Origin: Flavobacteriales bacterium
Lineage (GTDB): Bacteria > Bacteroidota > Bacteroidia > Flavobacteriales_F > PHOS-HE28
Assembly (NCBI GenBank): GCA_016787995.1
Contig: JAEUTB010000117.1
Location: 5,031-69,030, forward strand
Reading direction: 5' to 3'
DNA: 64,000 nt
The notes beneath the pieces were generated by a model. The model was not told the origin of the DNA. It saw nothing but the letters and a program-made list of their open reading frames with translations, and did no database searches. Within the stretch, counting starts at the first letter, position 1. Each line of letters starts with the position of its first letter. A program made the position numbers and the translations under genes. This document shows, in pieces, positions 1 to 9,754 of the stretch.

Positions 1-1
1 G

Positions 2-1303
2 CAGGACGAGGCCTATTGGGCAGGCCTTCGAACCGATTCGCTCGACGCGAAAGCCCTGAAGACCTACCACGTGATCGACAGCCTGGGCGCCGAGGTGGAC
101 CTGGACCGCAAGGTGAAGTGGCTGTCTGCGTTGGCAACAGGGCGCCTGCCGATCGGCCCTGTGGACCTGCTGTTGGACAAGGTGATGCGGTACAACGGCT
201 ATGAAGGTTTCCGTTTGGGGGCCGGGTTCGCCACGAACGATCGGGTTACCCGGTATGCGAGCGTCGGGGGCTATGCCGGCTATGGCTTCAGGGATAAGAA
301 CTGGAAATATGGTGGTTTCCTGGTGGTGAAGCCGTGGTATGGACGTGATCTCTCCTTGAAGGTATTCCACGAGCTCGATGTGCTGGAAAGCGGCGGTGTC
401 GCCTTCGAGGGACCGCGACCGCTGCTCACCAACGAGAGCACGCGCTGGCTCTATGTGGATCGCATGGACCATTACGAACGCAGCGGTGCCCAGTTCGCTT
501 TCCGCGTGGGTTCAGCACTGCGCTTCTGGGCCGGAGCGGAGCGTGAGGTGCGCGAGAACAGGCTGGGTTACCAATACGTGGATCGTAGAAGCGAGGCCGT
601 TACCCTGCTGCGTGATCGGTTCACCACCGGTGGGTTCACCTTCGGGATGCGCTTCGCCTTCCGCGAGCGCATGGCCCGGTTGCCGGATCGGGAGATCTCC
701 CTCGGCACCCGTTGGCCGATCCTGCTGATTTCGGCTTTCCGGTCGGTGGATGGAATGTTCGGTGGTGAACTGGAGACCTGGCGTCTGAACGCGGCGATCG
801 ACAAGACCTTCCACCTGCGGTTGGTGGGTGATCTGAGCGTTCGCCTCATGGGTGGCATCGCGGACCGGAACGCACCCTATCCCTACCTCTACAACTTGCG
901 CGGGACCAATGCCTTCGACCAACAGCAACACGAAGCGGGGCGCAAACTGCTCGTAGCTGCGGACAACACCTTTCAGACCATGCGGCCCAATGAGTACCTC
1001 GCCGACCGGTACATGGCCTTGCACCTGCGACACAGTTTTGGCACCCTGTTGGTGAAGGGGAAGCACTTCAAGCCTCGTCCAGGCCTTGTCTACAATGCCG
1101 CTATCGGCGAATTGGCCCATCCGGAACTGCACCGCGGCCTCTCGTTCGCAGCCATGGGCGTACCTTATCTGGAAGGCGGTGTGGTGGTGGATGGTCTCTT
1201 CAGTACGCTGGGCGTGGGAGCCTATTACCGCCATGGAGCCGGGATGTTCGAGGACACCTTGGACAACTTCGCCTTCAAGTTGACGGCCAGTTTCGCATTC
1301 TGA
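2..1303 (+). CDS. C-terminal part of a large outer-membrane beta-barrel-like protein (DUF5686-like); 5' end lies upstream of the window
   Basis: Frame 2 is open from nt 2 (QDEAYWAGLRTDSLDAKALKTYHVIDS...), so the M listed at 71 is internal. Gly/aromatic-rich strand pattern (GYAGYGFRDKNWKYGGFLVV) and a terminal ...FAFKLTASFAF are typical of OM barrels. Family name is from memory only. Confidence 0.55.
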   Translation, partial: QDEAYWAGLRTDSLDAKALKTYHVIDSLGAEVDLDRKVKWLSALATGRLPIGPVDLLLDKVMRYNGYEGFRLGAGFATNDRVTRYASVGGYAGYGFRDKNWKYGGFLVVKPWYGRDLSLKVFHELDVLESGGVAFEGPRPLLTNESTRWLYVDRMDHYERSGAQFAFRVGSALRFWAGAEREVRENRLGYQYVDRRSEAVTLLRDRFTTGGFTFGMRFAFRERMARLPDREISLGTRWPILLISAFRSVDGMFGGELETWRLNAAIDKTFHLRLVGDLSVRLMGGIADRNAPYPYLYNLRGTNAFDQQQHEAGRKLLVAADNTFQTMRPNEYLADRYMALHLRHSFGTLLVKGKHFKPRPGLVYNAAIGELAHPELHRGLSFAAMGVPYLEGGVVVDGLFSTLGVGAYYRHGAGMFEDTLDNFAFKLTASFAF

Positions 1304-1379
1304 GAAGGGCATTCCTCCGCGTATTTCGCACCTTTGCCCGTCCCGGTGGTAGCTCCTGTGCTCCACCAGGTGTGTAGAT

Positions 1380-3806
1380 ATGTGGGCATGGCTGGCGAAT
1401 AGAGTACTCCGCAACCGGATCGCGATCCTGATCGCCGTGGCTGCATGCACCGCTCTGCTCGGGTACAAGGCCACCCAGGTGCAGATGAACTACAAGCACG
1501 GCGGCCTGCTACCCAAGACCGATAGCGCCTACGTGGAGTACGAGCGCTTCCTGCGCACCTTCAGCGAGGATGGCAACGTGATGGTGGTGGGTACGCAGGG
1601 CGAACAGCTCTACACCCCGAAGAATTTCGGCGCTTGGTATGCCTTGGGGAACGATCTCCGCAGTATCCACGGCGTCGATAGCATCTTTTCCGAGGCGCAC
1701 CTCTACGAGCTCGTGCGCGACGATAGTCTGAAGCGCTTCACGGTGCAGCAGGTCATGCGCGGAGCTCCGAAGGATCAGGCGGAGATGGACTCCATCCTGG
1801 CACACGTACGCGCCCTGCCATTCTATGACGGACTGCTCTTCAACGACAGCACCAAGGCCAGCTTGATGATGGTGTTCGTGAACGCCAAACTATTCGATAC
1901 CGACGAACGCCAAGGCGTGGTGGCGAAGGTGGAGGAACGTGTGGCGCGTTTCGGAGCGGACACCGGCATGCCTGTGCATGTGAGCGGTCTGCCCTGGATA
2001 CGGGTGAAGAGCACTCAGCTGGTGAAGGGGGAGATGCCCCTGTTCATGGGCCTCAGCCTGGCCCTGTGCGGTTTGTTGCTCCTGTTGTTCTTCCGCAGCT
2101 GGCGCGTGATGTGGATCTGCCTTGGCGTGGTGGCCATCAGCGTTATCTGGAGTTTCGGCGCTATGGCCCTGCTGGGATACAAGATCACCATCCTGCAATC
2201 GGTGATCGCTCCACTGGTCATCGTTACCGGCGTTCCGAACTGCGTCTTCCTGATCAACGCCTACCACTACGAGTTCGTGCGGCATGGCAACAAGATCAAG
2301 TCGCTGCAACGGGTCATCAGCCGTATTGGAGCTGCCGCGTTCATGACCAACGCCACTACGGCGGTGGGCTTCACCACGTTCTGCTTCACCTCCAGCGATA
2401 CCCTCAAGGAATTCGGTTGGGTGGCCACCATCGGCATCATGGTGCTTTGGGCCCTCAGCATGTTGCTGATACCGATCCTCTTCAGCTTCATGCCCGCTCC
2501 AAAGTCACGCCACTTGAGCCATTTGGACAGGCATTGGCTGGATCGCGCCGTGGAGTGGATCGTGGCCGTCTCCAAGCAGCGTCGTCCGTTGATCTACTCC
2601 ATCACGACCTTCCTGACCGTGCTGGCGTTCATCGGCATCTTCCGCATGAAGGACGAGAGCCGTATCGTGGATGATCTACCGGAGGATAACCCCGTCCTCA
2701 CGGACCTGCGATTCTTCGAGTCCAACTTCAAGGGTGTGATGCCATTGGAGATCCTGGTGGACACCCGCAAAAAGGGCGGCGCGTTGACGGACCCCACGCT
2801 GAAGCGCATCGTGAAGCTGGAGGATACACTGGACACGTATCCCGAGTTCAGCAAGGCCATCAGCATCGCCGATGCCGTCAAGTTCACCAAGCAGGCCTTC
2901 TACGGGGGGAATCCAGAGAAATACGCGCTCTTGAACAGCACGGATAAGGCCTTCATCATGCCCTACCTGGAAGGTGCTCAGGGCAAAGAGGGAATGGCCC
3001 GGTCGTTCATCGATAGCACCCGGCAGACCACCCGGGTAACGGTTCAGATGGCGGATGTTGGCACCACGCGGATGGAAGGTTTGCTCGACCGGTTGCGGAT
3101 GCAGGTGGACAGCATCTTCGATCCCGCGAAGTACATCGTCACCTTCACGGGCACCTCGGTGGTCTTCCTGAAGGGTAGTAGTTACCTCGTGGATAACCTC
3201 ATCACAAGCCTGTTCTGGGCGGTCATCATCATCGTGGGCTTGATGGCATTGCTCTTCAACTCCTTCAGGATACTGGTCGTGGCCCTGATCCCCAACATGA
3301 TCCCGCTCCTGTTCACCGCAGGGCTGATGGGCTTCTTCCACATCCCCATCAAGCCCAGTACCATGCTTGTTTTCGGCATTGCGCTCGGCATCGCCGTGGA
3401 TAACGCGATCCACTTCCTGGCGCGCTACCGGTTGGAGCTGAAGTTGACCGGCAACGATCTGCAAAAAAGCGTGGACCTCGCGACCCGTGAAGTGAGCGTG
3501 GGGATCATCTACACCAGCGTGGTTCTGCTGGCGGGCTTCTCGCTCTTCGGCTTTTCGCACTTCGGCGGGATCCGGGCCCTCGGGATCCTCACCACGATCA
3601 CCTTGTTGGTGGCGATGCTCACGAACCTTCTCGTACTGCCAGCGTTATTGCTGAGCCTCAACAAACGCATCATGAGCAAGGCGTTCCAAGAACCCCTGTT
3701 GGAGATCCTGGACGAGGAAGAGGACATCGAGCTGATGGAACTGAAGCTCGATCGGCCCACCGCATCGCCGGATGCCCCTGAAGGCGATGAGATGGAACAA
3801 CGTTGA
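1380..3806 (+). CDS. RND/MMPL-superfamily exporter (two 6-TM bundles with large periplasmic loops; HpnN/patched-like)
   Basis: 808 aa. Hydrophobic clusters occur after an N-terminal TM and again near the C-terminus (LFWAVIIIVGLMALLFNSF..., GIALGIAVDNAIHFLARY). The duplicated architecture is typical of MMPL/RND permeases. Confidence 0.8.
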   Translation: MWAWLANRVLRNRIAILIAVAACTALLGYKATQVQMNYKHGGLLPKTDSAYVEYERFLRTFSEDGNVMVVGTQGEQLYTPKNFGAWYALGNDLRSIHGVDSIFSEAHLYELVRDDSLKRFTVQQVMRGAPKDQAEMDSILAHVRALPFYDGLLFNDSTKASLMMVFVNAKLFDTDERQGVVAKVEERVARFGADTGMPVHVSGLPWIRVKSTQLVKGEMPLFMGLSLALCGLLLLLFFRSWRVMWICLGVVAISVIWSFGAMALLGYKITILQSVIAPLVIVTGVPNCVFLINAYHYEFVRHGNKIKSLQRVISRIGAAAFMTNATTAVGFTTFCFTSSDTLKEFGWVATIGIMVLWALSMLLIPILFSFMPAPKSRHLSHLDRHWLDRAVEWIVAVSKQRRPLIYSITTFLTVLAFIGIFRMKDESRIVDDLPEDNPVLTDLRFFESNFKGVMPLEILVDTRKKGGALTDPTLKRIVKLEDTLDTYPEFSKAISIADAVKFTKQAFYGGNPEKYALLNSTDKAFIMPYLEGAQGKEGMARSFIDSTRQTTRVTVQMADVGTTRMEGLLDRLRMQVDSIFDPAKYIVTFTGTSVVFLKGSSYLVDNLITSLFWAVIIIVGLMALLFNSFRILVVALIPNMIPLLFTAGLMGFFHIPIKPSTMLVFGIALGIAVDNAIHFLARYRLELKLTGNDLQKSVDLATREVSVGIIYTSVVLLAGFSLFGFSHFGGIRALGILTTITLLVAMLTNLLVLPALLLSLNKRIMSKAFQEPLLEILDEEEDIELMELKLDRPTASPDAPEGDEMEQR

Positions 3807-3815
3807 ACGACTGTC

Positions 3816-4679
3816 ATGAAAGGGATCATTCTCGCCGGTGGATCCGGCACCCGCCTACACCCGCTGACCCTCGCGGTGAGTAAACAGTTGATGCCGGTGT
3901 ACGATAAGCCGATGATCTACTATCCGCTCAGCACCCTCATGGCGGCGGGGATCCGGGAGATCCTGATCATCAGCACCCCACACGATCTCCCGAACTTCCA
4001 GAAATTGCTTGGTGATGGAAGGTCCTTGGGCTGCACCTTCACCTATGCCGAGCAGAAGGTCCCCAATGGACTCGCCCAAGCATTCGTGATAGGCCGCGAG
4101 CATGTGGGGAACGATAGCACCGCCCTTATCCTGGGAGACAACATCTTCTACGGCACCGGCCTGGGGCGCAAGCTGAGCGAGCATACCCAACCCGCTGGTG
4201 GTCTAGTGTTCGCCTATCACGTCAGCGATCCAGAACGATACGGAGTGGTGGAGTTCGATGCACAGAACCGTGTGCTGAGCATAGAGGAGAAACCTGCGGT
4301 GCCCAAGAGCAATTATGCCGTTCCAGGTCTTTACTTCTACGCCAATGATGTGCTCGACATCGCCCGTGACCTGCGCCCCAGTGCGCGCGGCGAGTACGAG
4401 ATCACCGATGTGAACAAGGAGTACCTGCGGCAAGGGCGTCTGAAGGTGGAGATCCTCGATCGCGGCACCGCCTGGTTGGATACGGGCACCTTCGCTTCCC
4501 TCACACAGGCTGGTCAGTTCGTACAGGTCATCGAAGAACGACAAGGCCTGCGCATTGGCTGTATCGAGGAGGTAGCCTACAAGAAAGGCTTCATCGATGC
4601 GGAGCAACTCGAGCGCCTGGCACAGCCACTGATGAAAAGCGGCTACGGCGAGTACTTGATGAAACTGCTGCGCGCGTGA
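3816..4679 (+). CDS. rfbA: glucose-1-phosphate thymidylyltransferase
   Basis: [18 protein letters not shown] nucleotidyltransferase signature and 287 aa RmlA length. The whole protein reads as RmlA ([25 protein letters not shown]-like, LGDNIFYG). Confidence 0.95.
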   Translation: MKGIILAGGSGTRLHPLTLAVSKQLMPVYDKPMIYYPLSTLMAAGIREILIISTPHDLPNFQKLLGDGRSLGCTFTYAEQKVPNGLAQAFVIGREHVGNDSTALILGDNIFYGTGLGRKLSEHTQPAGGLVFAYHVSDPERYGVVEFDAQNRVLSIEEKPAVPKSNYAVPGLYFYANDVLDIARDLRPSARGEYEITDVNKEYLRQGRLKVEILDRGTAWLDTGTFASLTQAGQFVQVIEERQGLRIGCIEEVAYKKGFIDAEQLERLAQPLMKSGYGEYLMKLLRA

Positions 4680-5623
4680 TGACCGGACACCGCGCCCTGT
4701 TCGACGCGCACGTGGAGCGTTGGATAGCTGCGCTTCCAGCAGGTGGCTTGTATGAACCGATGGCTTATCTCCTTCAGCTCCCGGCCAAACGCATCCGTCC
4801 GGTGCTGACCATGATGGCCTGTGAACTTTTCGGCGGTCGGTCGGAGGATGTGCTGGATCAGGCCTTGGGTATCGAACTCTTCCACAATTTTACCTTGATG
4901 CACGACGACATCATGGACGCCGCATCCCTAAGGCGTGGTAGGCCCACCGTGCATGCCAAGTGGAACACGAACACCGCCATTCTGAGCGGCGATGCCATGT
5001 TGGTGATGGCCTATCAGTGCATGGGCACGGGATCGGGCGTGTTGGATGTCTTCAGCACGCACGCGCTCGATGTATGCAAAGGCCAGCAGCTCGACATGGA
5101 ATTCGAACAACGCAGTGATGTGAGCCTCGACGAATATCGTGAGATGATCCGCCTGAAGACGGCGGTCCTCCTCTCCGCATCATTGCGCATCGGTGCCATC
5201 AAAGCGGGAGCATCAGTGGTGGATCAGGACCGTATCGGTGCCTTTGGTGAGAACCTCGGTCTCGCGTTCCAGTTGCGCGATGATCTGCTCGATGCGTTCG
5301 GCGAGTCGCACATCACCGGGAAAGAGCAAGGCGGCGACCTGCGGAACGGCAAGAAGACCTGGTTGCTCATCCGGGGCCTTGAATGCGAACAGGAGGCGGG
5401 AACAAAGGTGCTGCGACAAGAGCTTGAACGTTCTCCAATGGATCGCGATGTCCCCGCCATGGTGAACGCCCTTCGGGGTCTTGGGGTCGACGCCGAAGCG
5501 GAAGCGGAGGTACATCGCTTGGAAGCGATGGCGACATCGAGTTTGGAGGCCGTCGATCCAACTCGTGTGCGCACTGCGCCACTGTTCGCGCTTGCGGAGG
5601 CACTACGCGTGCGAGCGACCTAG
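4679..5623 (+). CDS. polyprenyl diphosphate synthase (trans-isoprenyl, GGPP/short-chain type)
   Basis: Both aspartate-rich motifs are present: LMHDDIMD and FQLRDDLLD. The ATG at 4679 overlaps the rfbA stop (GTGATGA); the GTG at 4676 is an alternative start. Confidence 0.88.
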   Translation: MTGHRALFDAHVERWIAALPAGGLYEPMAYLLQLPAKRIRPVLTMMACELFGGRSEDVLDQALGIELFHNFTLMHDDIMDAASLRRGRPTVHAKWNTNTAILSGDAMLVMAYQCMGTGSGVLDVFSTHALDVCKGQQLDMEFEQRSDVSLDEYREMIRLKTAVLLSASLRIGAIKAGASVVDQDRIGAFGENLGLAFQLRDDLLDAFGESHITGKEQGGDLRNGKKTWLLIRGLECEQEAGTKVLRQELERSPMDRDVPAMVNALRGLGVDAEAEAEVHRLEAMATSSLEAVDPTRVRTAPLFALAEALRVRAT

Positions 5624-6522
5624 CCCACCAGATCCCTCAATGCAGGTTCCAACGCTGGGTGCTTGAACCGGAATCCGGTGTCGATGAGCCGTTGATGCGA
5701 AGCTCGCGAGCCCTCCAGCAGGATCGTGGAAAGTTCACCGAGGGCCAACCGTAGAAAGACCGCAGGTACGTTCGGCAGGAAGTAGGGTCTGTGCATCACG
5801 CGTGCGAGGGTCCGCATCAGCGTGTCGTTCGTCACATCATTTCCGGTGTTCACATTGTAGGCTCCGCTGAAAGCTTCATTGAACAAGGCCTCTTGATAGA
5901 TGCGGACCAGATCGTTCAAGTGGATCCAAGGGACCCATTGCCTGCCAGAACCCAATGCCGAAGCAGCGCCGAAACGCACGGGCATGGCCAGTTTCTTCAA
6001 CGCACCGCCTTCGCTTGCCAGCACCATGGGTGTGCGCAGCTTGACCACCCGGGTGATCTCCGACCACTCATCTACAGCTTCCTCCCACGCCACACTGATC
6101 CGGGCGATCGTATCCTTCCCAGCGGGATCCGTTTCCACGAAGACATGGTCCGTGGTGGTGGCGCCGTAGTAGTTGATACCGGCCGCACTGATGAAGACCA
6201 CGGGCGTGGACCCATGGGCAAGCACCGCTTTCAATAGCAGTCGCGCTGATGCGGCCCTGCTCGCGATGAGCTCATCCACGCGGGCTTTGCTCCAACGCGC
6301 GTCAGCGATGCCAGCGCCGGCCAGGTGAACGATGTGCGTGACACCATCAAGGCACTTGGGGTCCAGAAACCCCGTGTCCACATCCCACTTGAAGTGGTTC
6401 TTTTCACCCTTGTCCTTGGAACCGCGTCCGAGCTTGTGGATCGTATGGCCTTGCCCTTGTAGTGCACTGCTCAATGCGGTGCCGATGAGGCCCGAGGCGC
6501 CTGTGATCAATACGGTGGCCAT
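5620..6522 (-). CDS. TIGR01777-family (YfcH-like) NAD-dependent epimerase/oxidoreductase
   Basis: N-terminal Rossmann motif ITGASGLIGTAL and a C-terminal DUF1731-like tail (TGFRFKHPALEPALRDL). 300 aa. Its 3' end overlaps the convergent polyprenyl synthase gene by 4 nt. Confidence 0.85.
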   Translation of the reverse strand: MATVLITGASGLIGTALSSALQGQGHTIHKLGRGSKDKGEKNHFKWDVDTGFLDPKCLDGVTHIVHLAGAGIADARWSKARVDELIASRAASARLLLKAVLAHGSTPVVFISAAGINYYGATTTDHVFVETDPAGKDTIARISVAWEEAVDEWSEITRVVKLRTPMVLASEGGALKKLAMPVRFGAASALGSGRQWVPWIHLNDLVRIYQEALFNEAFSGAYNVNTGNDVTNDTLMRTLARVMHRPYFLPNVPAVFLRLALGELSTILLEGSRASHQRLIDTGFRFKHPALEPALRDLVG

Positions 6523-6591
6523 GCGTCTCTTTCGTGCAAAGAGAACACGGTGCGGATCGGATGGTTCAGGACTTCACAATGATCAACAGGA

Positions 6592-8256
6592 TCATCGTAC
6601 CACGACCCGTTCCACATGGCGCGCACCGGAAGCCAGGGATCGAATGTGGACCAATACGAACCCGGTATGCTCGGCGGGTACTTCGATGAGCGCCGAACCG
6701 CCGGGAAGACTCTGGTGATGGAGCAGACGTCCATCTGCGGTGAGGAGGGAGACCTCAGCGACTTGAGGCAGATCGCTGATCCAAAGGTGATGGCCTTGTG
6801 ACGGGTCTTGCCGAACACGAGGGATGAACGATCGCAGCTCTTCAGATCCCGCTGTGATGCATGCCGGTTCGTTGGAGGCCAAGGTGACCACGGAAAGAAC
6901 GGCAGAAGCGCTGCACGGAGGCTGGCCCACGGTATAGGTGTGGATCCCGTTCAGCGACAGACCTGGTGTGAAGATGCCATTGGTCGGCTCTCCGTTCGGA
7001 TCCACCCATTGCCCACTAAGCGTAGGGAATCCGTTGAGGCTGTCGAGCATGGTGAACGGTGCTCCATTCTCACATACGATGGCAGTTCCGTTGCTTCCAG
7101 GGTTCGGGGCACTCGTTACCACGATGCTGTACGCGTAGGTGCGCGTGCCGGCATAGGGGCAGGAGTTGTCGCTAGCCGTGATCGTGAACGGGTAGGAACC
7201 GGTGGTGACGGGGTCCCAGCAGAGTTGTGCGACGGCGGGGTTCGTTCCGGCGATCGACAACGTCGCGCCCGGCAGGCTGGAGGCCAGGTCCGTGCTGAGC
7301 AGGAGCTGCTGGCCCACGTCAGGATCCGCGATGGTGATGGAAGCGCAGAACGCTCCGGTGCCGCAGACTGAAAGCGAACGGTCGCCGACGATGCTGGCGG
7401 GCCCTGTGCTTGCCGTGAACGTGCCACTCGATGCCGAAGGGGGTTGGTTGTTACAGGCGGTGACCACGAAGAGGAAGTCGCGCATCACTTTTCCAAGTAC
7501 TTGACCATTCGTTCCGGTTTCTGTCACCTCCACCACCACGATGATGGCACCTGCGGCCGAAGGGACGAAGCGTACCTCGCCGGTCACAGGATCGATGGTC
7601 ATTCCTTCGAAGGGTTCAGCCCCGCTATAGCCACCACCGTACAGCACGGGCAGTGGAGCTGGACTTCCGAAGCGGGCATCGATCAGCGCGTAGCTCAAGT
7701 TATTCCCGTCGCTATCGACCGCACTCGCATCATGGCTCACCTCTTGGCCTACGCAGACCGTCGGCACCGTGTTGTTCACGAATTCCGGAGCGGCGTTGCA
7801 GATGCCGCCTGGGTTGTTCACGATCGTTTCCAGGTAGAGACCTGGTGTACCTTGTACGTTCAGCGAGCTGCCCCTGCAACAGATGAACCAACTGATCACC
7901 CAATTGGTACACGGACTAAGGAAAACGGTGGCGCGGTAGGTGGCAAGACTGTAACCCTGCAGGCTGCCCCCGTTGCAGGTACTGTTGGGGAGTTCAGAGG
8001 GACACAAGGAAGAGACCTCTTCCACGGTCACCGGTTGCAGCGCATTCAGCGTGAAACTCACTCCGCAGTCGTTCGAGAGGTAGATGCTCTGCGGGGTGAG
8101 CTGCTCTCCGGCACAGTCGCGGAACAACTGCAGCGTGATCTCATGGAAATTCCCGCCCGTACACCGAGTGGTGATGGAGCCCCCGGCATAATGGTCGGCG
8201 CGACTTTCAGCGAAGGGGAGCGCGACGAACGCGAGAAGGAGATGGCGGATACGCAT
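6592..8256 (-). CDS. secreted T9SS type-A cargo with a Cys-rich N-terminal domain homologous to that of the giant adhesin at 16055
   Basis: Signal peptide MRIRHLLLAFVALPFAES. N-domain HYAGGSITTRCTGGNFHEITLQLFRDCAG matches HAMGGDITYECLGNNRYRVNMSFFRDCNG of the giant protein. C-terminal ~70 aa has the type-A sorting pattern (VSLLTADGRLL...GFVLVHIRS...VERVVVR). Confidence 0.8.
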   Translation of the reverse strand: MRIRHLLLAFVALPFAESRADHYAGGSITTRCTGGNFHEITLQLFRDCAGEQLTPQSIYLSNDCGVSFTLNALQPVTVEEVSSLCPSELPNSTCNGGSLQGYSLATYRATVFLSPCTNWVISWFICCRGSSLNVQGTPGLYLETIVNNPGGICNAAPEFVNNTVPTVCVGQEVSHDASAVDSDGNNLSYALIDARFGSPAPLPVLYGGGYSGAEPFEGMTIDPVTGEVRFVPSAAGAIIVVVEVTETGTNGQVLGKVMRDFLFVVTACNNQPPSASSGTFTASTGPASIVGDRSLSVCGTGAFCASITIADPDVGQQLLLSTDLASSLPGATLSIAGTNPAVAQLCWDPVTTGSYPFTITASDNSCPYAGTRTYAYSIVVTSAPNPGSNGTAIVCENGAPFTMLDSLNGFPTLSGQWVDPNGEPTNGIFTPGLSLNGIHTYTVGQPPCSASAVLSVVTLASNEPACITAGSEELRSFIPRVRQDPSQGHHLWISDLPQVAEVSLLTADGRLLHHQSLPGGSALIEVPAEHTGFVLVHIRSLASGARHVERVVVR

Positions 8257-8316
8257 ACGGTGACGTGGTAGACCGCGTGAAGATACACGGTCCGCAAGAG
8301 CCGGTCCAGCGCGTGC

Positions 8317-9195
8317 TTAGCGCGCGCGATCGAGGGTCTTCAGGTCCTCGTCGATGAAGCCCTCTTTTTTGCCGAAGATGGCCGCGTCATCCCGCATGTA
8401 CATGAGTTCACCCGTGCCCACGTTGAAGATCCGCTTGAAACAGTGTTTGTTCTTGTTCTCGCCGGTGATGACGACATCGCTGATGGTGATGCCTTTGTCC
8501 TGCTTCTCCAAGGCACCGGCGAGCTGGGCAAGCGCCATCACCTGGCAAGGGGCAGCGTAGAACTCCTTCACCTTGGCGGCATCGGGAAGGCTCTTGTCCG
8601 CATGTTCCTGCGCCATCCATAGCTCCGTGTCGCGCACCATACGGTTCCGCGAAGCATAGGTGCGGTCCGCGGTGGTCTTGTCCGTGATCTTCCCGGTCTC
8701 CACCAAGGTCAGGTAGTTCTGCAGGTGTTTCAGGTACACATCCAGGAGGCGCGCCAGGCCCTTTTCGTTGATGGCTTTGGTGTCGATCTGGATGAAGGCC
8801 AACTCCTGTTCCGCTGGGATGCTCGTGAACTGGTCGTCCGTTTGAGCGAGCACTTCACCTTTTTTCGGTTTCCACCCCTTCACCAATGTGAGGAAGGTGG
8901 CCTCGTACTTCACGGGGTCGGTCTTGCGGGTCTTCAGCAGATAGGTGCGGTCCGGGGAAATGGGCTGCGTGGCGAGTTGCGCCGTGCTCACGAATTCGAC
9001 CTCGCCGGTGAGCTTCCAGACGGCTTTGGCGCTCTCCAACATCGTGCGGTTGTAAGGCGAATCGGCGGCGTCCAGCACCACCACGGTCTTGGTGGCTTTG
9101 GCGGCTTTCACCGCATTGGCATCGAACGTGCCATATTGAGCGTGTACCGAGGTTGCGGTGAGGAGTGCGGCGATGGCCAGGGAGCGGATCTGCAT
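8317..9195 (-). CDS. secreted hypothetical protein
   Basis: Start set at the internal ATG (9195) that yields signal peptide MQIRSLAIAALLTATSVHAQ. The 51 codons upstream in the track ORF are Arg/Trp-rich and look non-coding. No recognisable catalytic motif. Confidence 0.65.
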   Translation of the reverse strand: MQIRSLAIAALLTATSVHAQYGTFDANAVKAAKATKTVVVLDAADSPYNRTMLESAKAVWKLTGEVEFVSTAQLATQPISPDRTYLLKTRKTDPVKYEATFLTLVKGWKPKKGEVLAQTDDQFTSIPAEQELAFIQIDTKAINEKGLARLLDVYLKHLQNYLTLVETGKITDKTTADRTYASRNRMVRDTELWMAQEHADKSLPDAAKVKEFYAAPCQVMALAQLAGALEKQDKGITISDVVITGENKNKHCFKRIFNVGTGELMYMRDDAAIFGKKEGFIDEDLKTLDRAR

Positions 9196-9271
9196 GTGTT
9201 TCGTGTCGTTGTGCGATGCGCGGCGAAAATAGTGCCACATACCGCCCACCTTTGTCCGAGTTCTCCACACC

Positions 9272-9637
9272 ATGGACAAGTCCTTGTCAAGATCCGACCA
9301 ACAGGGCATACGGCTCCACCTGGACCGCGCCGAGGTGCTTGCGGCCACGGTGGATCAGCTGCGTAAGGACTTGGCGGTGGGGGCTGACGAGATCATCCCA
9401 CCCGATGACCCCGCCAATGCCTTCGAACACCTCCAGGCCCAGGTGGCGCCGGTCCTGCGGGCCTTGGCCACATCCGGTGACCATGCGTTGCGCGTGGCCA
9501 TGTACCGCGTGGACATCGCAGAGGCCCACCTCCGCCGGACTTTGGATAGGGGTGGGCCGGACGCATTGGCCGGAGAAGTGGTCCTAAGGGCCTTGCAAAA
9601 AGTGCTCACGCGTATGCGGTTCGCCGGACGCTATTGA
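9272..9637 (+). CDS. small hypothetical protein (121 aa)
   Basis: ATG-initiated ORF divergent from 8317..9195, with helical, coding-like composition. Two other frames are also open here (GC-rich sequence), so frame choice is by codon look only. Confidence 0.45.
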   Translation: MDKSLSRSDQQGIRLHLDRAEVLAATVDQLRKDLAVGADEIIPPDDPANAFEHLQAQVAPVLRALATSGDHALRVAMYRVDIAEAHLRRTLDRGGPDALAGEVVLRALQKVLTRMRFAGRY

Positions 9638-9725
9638 AACCGGCCGCCCTCAGCAGCTTGAGGGTGCGCGGTCGTACTTGGGAACAAGTGCTTGCCTTTC
9701 GCCGTATAGCGCGCTCGCCCGTAGC

Positions 9726-9733
9726 TAACTTTG
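9726..9733 (+). promoter_or_regulatory. Bacteroidota-type -7 promoter box TAnnTTTG (TAACTTTG) for sucA
   Basis: Exact match to the TAnnTTTG consensus, 22 nt upstream of the sucA ATG. Embedded in GCTAACTTTGCGCGGC, which recurs almost identically at 15911..15926. Confidence 0.55.
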
Positions 9734-9754
9734 CGCGGCCGTTCCGGCTTCCGA

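Noticed and set aside
512-3560. Minus-strand ORFs 512..1474 and 2676..3560 and assorted overlapping + frame ORFs
   Set aside because: They overlap well-supported + strand genes (the OM protein and the RND exporter) and lack any motif, so they are GC-driven open frames.
9645-9666. Stem-loop CCCTCA-gcagct-TGAGGG after the small ORF at 9272..9637, considered as a terminator
   Set aside because: The stem is only 6-8 bp with no following T-tract, and the sucA promoter box follows about 60 nt later. This is too weak to annotate.
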